A stretch of DNA of 64,000 nt. It comes from Escherichia phage KIT01. Below, piece by piece: positions 1 to 8,307 of this stretch (positions within the stretch are counted from its first letter, which is position 1; each line of letters opens with the position of its first letter). The DNA lies in sequence record AP019521.1. One strand, 5' to 3'. A program made the position numbers and the translations under genes. Under the pieces are notes generated by a model that did not search any database, was not told the DNA's origin, and saw only the letters and a list, made by a program, of their open reading frames with translations.

Positions 1-2211
1 TTAAGCCGCTTCCACGGCTTTCATGAATTTAACAATTTGAGCTACAGAAGCCTCGGTAATGGATGTTCCACGACGATACATGTAGTCCGAAACTAAATGG
101 TAATCAGATTCAAACTGTACAGTCATTTTATCATTGTTGCTTGAAGCATTATTGGTTAACGTATTAAACGTATTGTTACAAATTCTCTTGGTGATATTCA
201 ATTTATCATCAGTGATATAACCATGGAAATTCGTGTAACGGAATATATCATAGAAATTACTCAGACGAGTATATGCTTCAGTCACAGGCTTATCACTGAA
301 ATACTTAGTCATGAAATTAAGCTGAGGGAACTTGGCAATGATTTCAAGGTAATACCGAGCACGGGTATTACTACCAATGTATTCATCAACATCTACCGCG
401 TCTAGGGCTTCGGCATAGGCTTCTAATGTAGTTTCCATCAAGCATTCACACTGGCCTAACTTTTTAATCTTTTTGGCAATCTGAGGGCGAATGATATGGA
501 ATTCGGTGGCACCAATCAAATTAGCCATACGACACATGGTAGTGGTGTTGATGTCAAAGATACCATAAGCTTCATCCATTCCCATGATATCAGAACGGCT
601 GCCAAACAGAACATAACCTGTAATTTCTTCTGCTTCAGCTGCGGTCAAATACATGGTCTCAGTTTGCCAGCGCCCGTCTTTAATGAACCAACGATAAGCA
701 CTTGGTGTTTTAGGACGAGGTTCTGACGAACGAACCGTAACCGGAATCCATGGCTTAACAATTTTATTCAGTTCAGAGACTTTATAAAAATGAATTGTGT
801 CACCTTTAAAAAGTTCTTTAACATTTTCAAGCTGCTGCATTTGCAGCAAAGAATTAGGGTCGACAAAAATAAGGTCAGTTCCGTATTTAGGAATATTGTT
901 CTCTTTAACAATTTTCTTAGCCGAAGCACTGTTGTCCATTGCCAGGGCCCAAAGTCCTCGAACTAATGGCACACGACCTTTTTCATCATCATAAACAACA
1001 TGGATTTCTTTCTTATTAATGCCTAATAAATTACTAAGTCCTGCTACCGAAGAAGTATTACCACCTGACTTAATTCGTTTCAAACGTGGGTCTGAAACGA
1101 CTTCGTAAACCACACCTAAATTAATAAGGCCGTTTTGAAGTGTATAGCGCTGGTATAATTTCTCATATGTCAATTTTTCTGTAGTAAACAGGCTAGTTCC
1201 ACCTTTTTTGGTAAGATAGTCACGAGCACTGTAACCAAGGTTAGAAAGGTCACGATAAACATGGCGTGGATTATCAGATTCAACCCATTCCTGTGTATCG
1301 TTTTTAAAAACCACTGCATCCAGTGCTTCGATACGGGTTGCAATATTTTCCATCGTACGTTTATCAAGAGACAACACTTCACGAGAAGGAGCAATATCCA
1401 GTGAACCCATAGGGAACTTAATATAAACTACATCATGGCGAGTACGCATCCATGTGCCTTTATTATATGCAGAATCCAATGGATAAACAATACCACCGTA
1501 AACTGCATAAAGTCCTGAACGTTCGAAGTTGCCATAATTTGTAGTGGTTACAGGATAGTAATCGTCAAATTCAGGGAAATAATCAACTTCAACACCATCT
1601 ACATCACCAAGACCAATGAAAGGCCGCATGATATAACGAACTTCAGTTTCAAACTTACGGAAATCTTCTTCATCAACAGGAACTGTGATTTCGATACCTG
1701 TTTTATCACCTGGCTGCATAGGTTCTACGAAAGTAGGTTTAATCTGCGGGCCATCACCGTCCATATATGCTACATAACCGCGAACTTCGCCATTGTGCCA
1801 TGAGGTAATATTAAACGTTTCGGTATAACTGAATGGAGATTTTGAACCAAGGCCAAAGCCACCGATGAAATCGTTAGAAGCGGTTTTGGATGATGCGAAA
1901 TAAGAGTTATACAAACCTGTTTCGTTTTCATCACCACGAATTTGGAAATCACTCATACCCGGCCCGAAGTCACGGCATACGAAACGAGGGTCTAGTTTAC
2001 CAGGGACCTGTACTTTCCAACGTTCTTTATTACCATTCAGAATATGGGCATCAATCATGTTGGTAATTAGTTCACGTACTACAGCACGTACTTTATTACT
2101 ATAAAGGTCCGATGACAAAATTTTAAAGACCTTAGGCGATGCCTGGATAGTAAAGCCTGTGGACTTAGCACCATTACCAATGATTTGTTCTTTTTCGGTT
2201 TCGATAATCAT
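1..2211 (-). CDS. rIIA: rIIA protein (complete, stop at 1-3)
   Basis: 736-aa ORF; N-terminus MIIETEKEQIIGNGAKS...SPKVFKILSSDLY and C-terminal region near-collinear with T4 rIIA as recalled; first gene of the T4 map. Confidence 0.9.
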   Translation of the reverse strand: MIIETEKEQIIGNGAKSTGFTIQASPKVFKILSSDLYSNKVRAVVRELITNMIDAHILNGNKERWKVQVPGKLDPRFVCRDFGPGMSDFQIRGDENETGLYNSYFASSKTASNDFIGGFGLGSKSPFSYTETFNITSWHNGEVRGYVAYMDGDGPQIKPTFVEPMQPGDKTGIEITVPVDEEDFRKFETEVRYIMRPFIGLGDVDGVEVDYFPEFDDYYPVTTTNYGNFERSGLYAVYGGIVYPLDSAYNKGTWMRTRHDVVYIKFPMGSLDIAPSREVLSLDKRTMENIATRIEALDAVVFKNDTQEWVESDNPRHVYRDLSNLGYSARDYLTKKGGTSLFTTEKLTYEKLYQRYTLQNGLINLGVVYEVVSDPRLKRIKSGGNTSSVAGLSNLLGINKKEIHVVYDDEKGRVPLVRGLWALAMDNSASAKKIVKENNIPKYGTDLIFVDPNSLLQMQQLENVKELFKGDTIHFYKVSELNKIVKPWIPVTVRSSEPRPKTPSAYRWFIKDGRWQTETMYLTAAEAEEITGYVLFGSRSDIMGMDEAYGIFDINTTTMCRMANLIGATEFHIIRPQIAKKIKKLGQCECLMETTLEAYAEALDAVDVDEYIGSNTRARYYLEIIAKFPQLNFMTKYFSDKPVTEAYTRLSNFYDIFRYTNFHGYITDDKLNITKRICNNTFNTLTNNASSNNDKMTVQFESDYHLVSDYMYRRGTSITEASVAQIVKFMKAVEAA

Positions 2212-2218
2212 ATTTTTC

Positions 2219-2422
2219 TCAATTCAGGTTACGTTTAAAAAGGTCTGCCACTTCAAGGAGCTCGTCCTTAGTAGCGATGTCGTTAAGTATTTTATATCTG
2301 ATTTCTTTAAAGCGTTCTTTAAAATCCTCAGCCGCATTGATATCAAAAAATCGCTGGATTAACCGGAATTCTTTATGGACAGCTTTATCGAACAAATCAA
2401 TGTTGACTTTAAAGTTTGTCAT
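2219..2422 (-). CDS. hypothetical small protein (rIIA.1 position)
   Basis: 67-aa ORF directly upstream of rIIA on same strand. Confidence 0.45.
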   Translation of the reverse strand: MTNFKVNIDLFDKAVHKEFRLIQRFFDINAAEDFKERFKEIRYKILNDIATKDELLEVADLFKRNLN

Positions 2423-2732
2423 TTTTAACTACCTCATGTTGAACATATTCTCTGGTAGAACCTAGTTCAGCCAGAATTCTTCTCATAGAACCCATTGTAC
2501 TCTTGTGCTCCCGATGGCGATACATTATCTCTAAAACCTTTTCCTGGACAACAGGAGAGAGCGCCTGGTTATCTTTAATCTTTAAGGCAATAGATTTTAC
2601 AGCCTTAAGGTATTCAAGTCCCTTACCGCTTGTAGTCACTACTCCTTCGTCCTTACAGTTACGAATGGCCGTTTCCATAAAGGATAAAGCTAGGTTGCCA
2701 GTGTTCACTATACTGTTATCTTGCATAATCAT
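2409..2732 (-). CDS. hypothetical protein
   Basis: ORF track 2409..2765; start moved to ATG at 2732 preceded by GAGGTGA and lying downstream of the -10 of an early promoter. Confidence 0.45.
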   Translation of the reverse strand: MIMQDNSIVNTGNLALSFMETAIRNCKDEGVVTTSGKGLEYLKAVKSIALKIKDNQALSPVVQEKVLEIMYRHREHKSTMGSMRRILAELGSTREYVQHEVVKNDKL

Positions 2733-2751
2733 ATTCTCACCTCTAGATAAT

Positions 2752-2780
2752 CCTATCATAACCACAGGTCTTTGTAAACC
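2752..2780 (-). promoter_or_regulatory. early sigma70-type promoter (GTTTAC -35, TATGAT -10)
   Basis: plus-strand gtaaac at 2775-2780 = minus GTTTAC; drives 2409..2732. Confidence 0.45.
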
Positions 2781-2805
2781 CCGAAAAGGGCCCGAAGGCC
2801 CTTAA
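2780..2805 (-). terminator. intrinsic terminator, UUCG tetraloop hairpin
   Basis: minus strand GGGCC-UUCG-GGCCC followed by UUUU; directly after stop of 2806..3006. Confidence 0.5.
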
Positions 2806-3006
2806 TTAGTTGCTTGAATCGACCTTATAGACTTGTCCGCGGGTTTGGTAAACTTCGCCGTCCCATGTCTCGACTGTAATAGTCACGTATTCTGCAAACT
2901 GAGGTCTAGTATCAGTCCAGATATAACCGTATTCACCGGTGACGAGCGTAACCCAGTACTTTCTCATAAAGTCTCCTTTTGTATGGCACCAATTAGTACC
3001 ATACAT
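2806..3006 (-). CDS. hypothetical protein
   Basis: 66-aa ORF between gene 39 and terminator hairpin at 2786-2803. Confidence 0.4.
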   Translation of the reverse strand: MYGTNWCHTKGDFMRKYWVTLVTGEYGYIWTDTRPQFAEYVTITVETWDGEVYQTRGQVYKVDSSN

Positions 3007-3011
3007 ATTTA

Positions 3012-4829
3012 TTACGACATCCAGGCCTTACGGAGTTGTGGGTCATTACCAAGGAGCATTTCGAACTGTTCTTTCCAATCTTCAGGTAATTGAACCACAT
3101 CAAATTTAGGGTCTTGAATCATTCGGCGGTATTCAGCTTTCTCAAGAGAACCTAGTCCTTTGATGTATCGAATAGAATGTTTTGGTAGAGAGTCCTTAGC
3201 TTTGGTATAACTAGGCACATCATAAAACCATTCCTGTTCTTTACCAACCTGAGCAATAATTACCGGAGTTTTACAGAACCGTACTCGGCCTTGTTCGAAC
3301 AATTCAGGCCATTGACTAAAGAAGGCTAGCAATGACGGATAAATCGAACCAGTACCATCCACATCAGCATCAGTCATGATAGCTATATTACGATAGTTGG
3401 TTTTCTCTGCAGGTTCACCAATAACCAATCCAGTGATTGCACAGATATCAAATAGTTCCTTGTTCTTCATGATATCTGTTGCTGTCATTCCCCAGGTATT
3501 CATGACCTTACCACGTAATGGATAACCGCCTTGAAGGTCTTTATTACGGACTTCAATGAAAGGACCCATAGCGGAATCACCTTCGGTTAGGAACAGGGTT
3601 GTATCGGCATCTTTGCCGTATAAGTTAGCTTTAATATGCTTATGGACCTTGGCTTTAGAAGCTTTCTTAGCGGCTTTAGTTTCAGCTGCCTTTTCAGCTG
3701 CTAATTTACGTGCTAAAGCAGCTTCAACGATAGGCATAATCAACCCTTCGTCTTTAAGAATATACTGTGAGATTTTCTTTGCATCAATTTGAATATGGTT
3801 ACGAATTTCACCGAATGGTGACGTCAAACGTTCTTTAGTCTGGGAATCAAAACGCATATTACTCATATCGCGAATGAACATCAGCATAGTTAAGCATTCT
3901 TTAACTCGTGCCTTACTTACTTCAATGCCTTTATATTTCTTCTTGATGCCTGGCAAGAGATGTTCGCAGATATCATCAAACACACATTCAACATGATGAC
4001 CACCATTCTTAGTATGAATATTGTTCACATAAGTTAGGTGACGGAATCCATCTGGAGATGTAGTAAATGCCATTGAGACATTATCGGTTTCTTGGATTAC
4101 TACATCTTTACCAAATTGATTAGCATACTTTTTAAAGTTACCATCTACTTTTTTACCATTAAAAGTAAATTGAATATCAGGATAAATTACGGCTAGAGTT
4201 TTAAGACGATCTAGAGTAATATCCAGATAAATTTGCGACAGAGAGTTCTCTTCGAAATGGCTAAAGTCCGGAGTGAATATAACCGAAGTACCCTTACCTT
4301 TAGATTTCTTAGTAGACCAACCTTTGTTTTCCATTCCATTGGAACAGTTAACTGTAATTTCATTCTCGCCATCAGAGGTGATGCCTGTGAACAAAACAGA
4401 GAAGATATTAGTTAAACTACTACCGACACCATTCATGCCGCCTGTCTTACGCTCAGCGTCATCTCCAAAGTTACCACCAGCCTTTGGAATAGTCCATGCA
4501 GCTACAGGACCTGGAATCTGTTCACCATTTTGGTCGGTGACCATTGCTTGTGGAATACCACGACCATTATCAGAAACCGAAACCTGGTTATTCTTAATTT
4601 GAACATCAATTTTATTTGCGAATTTAAAATTGGTACGAATAGCTTCATCGACAGAGTTATCAATGATTTCGTCAATTAATTTAACCAGTCCAGGAACATA
4701 GTTCACCTGAGTAAAATTACCAAACAGGAATCGACCGTGAGCTTCATTAGCACTGGAGCCAATATACATCCCACTACGTTTTTTGATATGTTCAATGTCG
4801 GACAGTACTTTAATTTCATTCTTAATCAT
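3012..4829 (-). CDS. 39: DNA topoisomerase II large subunit (GyrB-like ATPase + Toprim), unsplit 39/60 form
   Basis: 605 aa; GHKL ATPase N-terminus (GMYIGS, IDNSVDE), Toprim LTEGDSA, PLRGK; length matches fused gp39 of T2-type phages rather than split T4 39+60. Confidence 0.9.
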   Translation of the reverse strand: MIKNEIKVLSDIEHIKKRSGMYIGSSANEAHGRFLFGNFTQVNYVPGLVKLIDEIIDNSVDEAIRTNFKFANKIDVQIKNNQVSVSDNGRGIPQAMVTDQNGEQIPGPVAAWTIPKAGGNFGDDAERKTGGMNGVGSSLTNIFSVLFTGITSDGENEITVNCSNGMENKGWSTKKSKGKGTSVIFTPDFSHFEENSLSQIYLDITLDRLKTLAVIYPDIQFTFNGKKVDGNFKKYANQFGKDVVIQETDNVSMAFTTSPDGFRHLTYVNNIHTKNGGHHVECVFDDICEHLLPGIKKKYKGIEVSKARVKECLTMLMFIRDMSNMRFDSQTKERLTSPFGEIRNHIQIDAKKISQYILKDEGLIMPIVEAALARKLAAEKAAETKAAKKASKAKVHKHIKANLYGKDADTTLFLTEGDSAMGPFIEVRNKDLQGGYPLRGKVMNTWGMTATDIMKNKELFDICAITGLVIGEPAEKTNYRNIAIMTDADVDGTGSIYPSLLAFFSQWPELFEQGRVRFCKTPVIIAQVGKEQEWFYDVPSYTKAKDSLPKHSIRYIKGLGSLEKAEYRRMIQDPKFDVVQLPEDWKEQFEMLLGNDPQLRKAWMS

Positions 4830-4847
4830 GTTATTTCCTCATGTAGT

Positions 4848-4880
4848 AGGAGAATATTATCCCATTTCACTTAAAGCATA
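4848..4880 (-). promoter_or_regulatory. candidate MotA-dependent middle promoter for gene 39
   Basis: minus strand reads tATGCTTTAAg (MotA box) - 12 nt - TAATAT, about 20 nt before the gene 39 SD. Confidence 0.45.
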
Positions 4881-4899
4881 AAAGGGCCGAAGCCCTTAA
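4876..4899 (-). terminator. terminator-like UUCG hairpin overlapping stop codon
   Basis: minus GGGC-UUCG-GCCC then UUUAUGCUUU. Confidence 0.4.
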
Positions 4900-5156
4900 T
4901 CAAATCGAATGGTCGACTTTTTAAAGAATAATCCAGAACAAACAGTTCCTTCAACCCTTTTACCTGTCGGACCCACCGCAATAAAGCCTGTACGTTGGAA
5001 ATCATCTTCAGAACAGCCAAATAGGTTGTATCCTGTAATTTGGATTTGTTCATAGCCATTTGCATCTAATACACGGGTAGCATTATCGGCATCAGTACAA
5101 CCTACCAACGAAACTGCTAGTACAAGAGCTGCAATAGAACGATTAACATATTTCAT
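4896..5156 (-). CDS. predicted lipoprotein
   Basis: N-terminal signal peptide with lipobox LVGC; 86 aa. Confidence 0.5.
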   Translation of the reverse strand: MKYVNRSIAALVLAVSLVGCTDADNATRVLDANGYEQIQITGYNLFGCSEDDFQRTGFIAVGPTGKRVEGTVCSGLFFKKSTIRFD

Positions 5157-5162
5157 AATTTC

Positions 5163-5339
5163 TCACTTAGTCAGTAGGTCGTAAAAACCGCCATTAACGT
5201 GTTTAGGAGCCGAGACTAACCGAACAGCCAGCCGTTGGCAATCAGGACAAACATCATTATCTCTTTCAGAGATTTTCTTGATTTTTTCGTATTCTTTTGC
5301 ACAGTCTTCAGATTGGCATTTGTAATCATAAAGTGGCAT
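5163..5339 (-). CDS. zinc-ribbon protein (FmdB-like)
   Basis: start set at MPLYDYKC after GGAG SD; CxxC...CPDC pattern. Confidence 0.5.
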   Translation of the reverse strand: MPLYDYKCQSEDCAKEYEKIKKISERDNDVCPDCQRLAVRLVSAPKHVNGGFYDLLTK

Positions 5340-5550
5340 TATAAGTCTCCTTCCAGAATTCAGTGCCTTCAGCAGTGATTTCACGGAACACTGCATAGAT
5401 AGGGTTTTTATCACCTTGATTTTCGTATACGTAAACCGACGATAAATGAGAAAACGTATCAGAATGTTCCTTTTGAACCACGATTAAATCAGGGTTGAAC
5501 AGGACATCTTCAAATTCTTCACGAGTCGAGTTCACAGTAACTTTAGCCAT
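5326..5550 (-). CDS. hypothetical protein
   Basis: 74-aa ORF, 14-nt overlap with downstream gene start. Confidence 0.4.
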   Translation of the reverse strand: MAKVTVNSTREEFEDVLFNPDLIVVQKEHSDTFSHLSSVYVYENQGDKNPIYAVFREITAEGTEFWKETYNATL

Positions 5551-5621
5551 TTTATTTTCCTCATTTGTTGATAGGGTAATAATATCACTACCCTACCATA
5601 TTGTATACTATTTTTTTAACT

Positions 5622-6191
5622 TTATGCACGATGAGCCGTAGCATATTCAACTATGAAGCTTTCAGGAACTACTTTAAAGCTACCAAGGAATACGATGTTA
5701 TACAGCTTAACACCTTCTTCAACCCATTGGTCTGTGATAAAACCACCCATGATAGTAGTTTTATTAGTTCCACCAAACGGCGGTTCATATTTAAATTCAA
5801 ATGGCTTAGGAGTAACAAAACGCACACCTTTACCTAATTTCCATTTGAAATCAACGCCAACATGAGATTGATCAATAGTTTCAACGTCTTGAGCTACTAC
5901 GCCACGGATATCATTGCTTTCACATACATACCCATCGTGGGATTCAACTTCTTCAACCACTGGGGTGTGAACCGGTTCAGGAACTACCGGACGCGCTTTA
6001 CCGACCTGAGGAATCAAAGTGACATAGCGTTCTTTAACGTATCCTACAAAAGAAGAAACGAAACCATTGGAACGAAATGCCTGGACTTTAACAAGACCAC
6101 GAGAGAAATTGAATCCAATAATAATACATTTTTTACCAGCAACTTTAGATTTAGAATCTTCGGAAACTGTTACGATATCACCGATTTTCAT
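5622..6191 (-). CDS. hypothetical protein, paralog A (shared C-terminal ITDQWVEEGV domain)
   Basis: 189 aa; C-terminal GGFITDQWVEEGVKLYNIVFLGSFKVVPESF resembles neighbour 6269..6823. Confidence 0.5.
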   Translation of the reverse strand: MKIGDIVTVSEDSKSKVAGKKCIIIGFNFSRGLVKVQAFRSNGFVSSFVGYVKERYVTLIPQVGKARPVVPEPVHTPVVEEVESHDGYVCESNDIRGVVAQDVETIDQSHVGVDFKWKLGKGVRFVTPKPFEFKYEPPFGGTNKTTIMGGFITDQWVEEGVKLYNIVFLGSFKVVPESFIVEYATAHRA

Positions 6192-6230
6192 AATATTACC
6201 TTTTGTTTAGGAATTAGGTTTATTCTCCAT

Positions 6231-6266
6231 GAGAGCCATTATAACATGGCTCTCGATAAAGTAAAC
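6231..6266 (-). promoter_or_regulatory. early promoter cassette with 9-bp inverted repeat flanking -10
   Basis: gtaaac 6261-6266, -10 TATAAT; gagagccat / atggctctc arms at 6231-6239 and 6246-6254. Confidence 0.5.
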
Positions 6267-6268
6267 TA

Positions 6269-6823
6269 TTAATTCAATACATTAACCACTGCACTACGAG
6301 GTACTACACTAAAATCACCTGCATGGACAACGTTCAGAAGCTCAACACCATCTTCAACCCACTGGTCTGTTACCCAACCACAGATAGGATTATCGAAAGG
6401 ACGACGGATAGACACAGCAGCACACAGAAGGTCGGTAGGGTCTTGTTCTTCAACTTCTTGGAACAGGATTAACTCTGCTTCATAAACCAGGTTTTTCTCT
6501 ATTTTGTTATTATCTAACCGGCGACCGTGGATGACGTAAGATTCGGCAAACCAGTCACTTTTGGCAAATTCTTCAACAATAAATTCGCCTTCGCCAAAAA
6601 CATCAGTCAGGGTTTTATGGCCGGAAATCAAGGCCTTAGTTTTAATTTCAGGTTCAACCAGTTTGTAGGTTTTGCCGATTTCGATAGTCTGAGTAGTCAT
6701 AGTAGGTTCCTTAATTTCCAGTGGTTTAACAGGGCATACATAAGTGCTTAAAACATCAAAATCAAAATCAATCAGCTTAGCTGCAGGATTTGGAGTGTAT
6801 TTAGGGTTGTAATTAAATTTCAT
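6269..6823 (-). CDS. hypothetical protein, paralog B
   Basis: 184 aa; C-terminal CGWVTDQWVEDGVELLNVVHAGDFSVVPRSA parallels 5622..6191. Confidence 0.5.
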   Translation of the reverse strand: MKFNYNPKYTPNPAAKLIDFDFDVLSTYVCPVKPLEIKEPTMTTQTIEIGKTYKLVEPEIKTKALISGHKTLTDVFGEGEFIVEEFAKSDWFAESYVIHGRRLDNNKIEKNLVYEAELILFQEVEEQDPTDLLCAAVSIRRPFDNPICGWVTDQWVEDGVELLNVVHAGDFSVVPRSAVVNVLN

Positions 6824-7329
6824 ATTGTTCTCAATTCAATAAAATCTACGAGTTCGGCATGGGATTTGCGGAACATTACTTGGCGGCCACCGATGACAAC
6901 CTCATCTTCCGGTATTTCGTAAACAGCAAGATAGAATCCTTTAGAAGATAATTCAGCACGCTCTTCACGAGTGAACCAACGCATCATATCATACTCGCTG
7001 GCAAAAGCAAAATGGTAGAGGTTAACAAACCAACCTGGAATATAATCATCACAGCCTTCATAATCAGGCTGGTCCCACTTAGTTCTAATGCTTTTATTAG
7101 AATTTTCCACCAACAACTTGTCTTGACCTGGTAGTGGAATATTTTTATTATTGGTATGATGGTGTCTAAAATTAGGTCTGTCGAAACCTACTTCCAATAA
7201 CCAACCTTCACTCCATTCGTCAAATGAGCCTCTATACGGGGTTAATTGGCGGCATTGATGACGAGTGATTGCGATAACATCGCTGTTGTCTAGGATACTG
7301 AACGATGACTCCACTCGATAAATTTTCAT
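6820..7329 (-). CDS. hypothetical protein
   Basis: 169-aa ORF, GAGGAG SD, ATGA overlap with downstream gene. Confidence 0.45.
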   Translation of the reverse strand: MKIYRVESSFSILDNSDVIAITRHQCRQLTPYRGSFDEWSEGWLLEVGFDRPNFRHHHTNNKNIPLPGQDKLLVENSNKSIRTKWDQPDYEGCDDYIPGWFVNLYHFAFASEYDMMRWFTREERAELSSKGFYLAVYEIPEDEVVIGGRQVMFRKSHAELVDFIELRTI

Positions 7330-7333
7330 TTTG

Positions 7334-7385
7334 TTCTCCTCATGTTGATAGGGTAGATAATATCATGTCATGAGGAGAAGTAAAC
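7334..7385 (-). promoter_or_regulatory. early promoter/stem-loop cassette (PeSL-like)
   Basis: gtaaac 7380-7385, 17-nt spacer, -10 at 7357-7362; 11-bp perfect inverted repeat 7334-7344 / 7369-7379 pairing the SD with the promoter spacer. Confidence 0.6.
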
Positions 7386-7389
7386 ACTT

Positions 7390-8064
7390 TTATCGATTTT
7401 TTACACTTAACGGGTCAGGATTCTCAGGGACATCTTCCAGACCTAAGGCATATCGTTGGGCATATTTAAGCATCAAGATATCCTTAGCACAGTCATGGAT
7501 GGAGTCATGGGCAACAAAGCCGTTCAATGTTCCATTAGGCAGAGGACACATGCTCAATCCGCGAGTCAATGAATAGGCTTCAATAGCCGTACGGATATCA
7601 CGTTGGTTCCAGAATTTAACCGGTTCTAATTTGCTGGTATCGATTTCATTCTCAGGAACACCTTCAGAACGATAAGCATCGCGAATAAGGTCGACTAAGA
7701 TAGGAAAGTCGAATGACATTCCACGACACCACATCTGTGATTTCCATTGGTCCACTTCGTTTTTACGGCAGTATTCCAGGAAATTACCGAGACCGATAGA
7801 AGTGCTCACATCCATTTCGGATGGAGCCAGGTTTTTACGTGCTTCAGGCCCTTGCTCTTTCCACCACTGCAATGTGCTTTTAGAAAACAGTCGTCTATCA
7901 CGTTGAGAAGCGAGGTCAAATTTAATACGAAGGCCTCGTTGAGTAAGCTCTTCAAACGATTCTACTACCTCTGGATTAGGGTCATAAGCAATTACTGCAA
8001 GGTCGATAACCGCCGCATTTTGGGTTGTGGCAAAGGTTTCGAAGTCAATAATTATATCTTTCAT
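7390..8064 (-). CDS. dexA: exonuclease A (DEDDh 3'-5' exonuclease)
   Basis: 224 aa; IIDFETF...AVIDLAVIA..DPNPEVVE...CRGMSFDFPILVDLIRD...FVAHDSIHDCAKDILM matches T4 DexA as recalled. Confidence 0.85.
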   Translation of the reverse strand: MKDIIIDFETFATTQNAAVIDLAVIAYDPNPEVVESFEELTQRGLRIKFDLASQRDRRLFSKSTLQWWKEQGPEARKNLAPSEMDVSTSIGLGNFLEYCRKNEVDQWKSQMWCRGMSFDFPILVDLIRDAYRSEGVPENEIDTSKLEPVKFWNQRDIRTAIEAYSLTRGLSMCPLPNGTLNGFVAHDSIHDCAKDILMLKYAQRYALGLEDVPENPDPLSVKNR

Positions 8065-8300
8065 TTAACATACCTCATAAGGTCTCGGATTTGGCCAACG
8101 GTGTAGTCTTCAATATAAACCGAAGAGATATTGTCGTCCATCAGTTTTTGTACTGCAATAAAATCGTATTCAATCTCTTTAAGTGAGTGCAAGACCTTAT
8201 GAGCCTTGCCACGAATATTTGTATCGTCTGGGTTGACCTTAATAATATATTCTGTTTCAAATTTCAGCTTATAAAATTGGTCTTTAGTTACTTTAATCAT
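8061..8300 (-). CDS. hypothetical protein
   Basis: start set at MIKVTK after GAGGAAAA SD, 8 nt past dda stop. Confidence 0.4.
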   Translation of the reverse strand: MIKVTKDQFYKLKFETEYIIKVNPDDTNIRGKAHKVLHSLKEIEYDFIAVQKLMDDNISSVYIEDYTVGQIRDLMRYVK

Positions 8301-8307
8301 ATTTTCC

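Noticed and set aside
223-2805. Plus-strand ORFs of 60-100 aa inside rIIA and neighbours (223..405, 496..726, 797..994, 2159..2362, 2277..2465, 2503..2805)
   Set aside because: They lie antisense within confidently identified minus-strand genes and lack SD sequences; treated as shadow ORFs.
3012-4829. Gene 60-style translational bypass or group I intron within the topoisomerase gene
   Set aside because: The ORF is continuous at 605 aa with no internal stop or insertion; no bypass element is needed.
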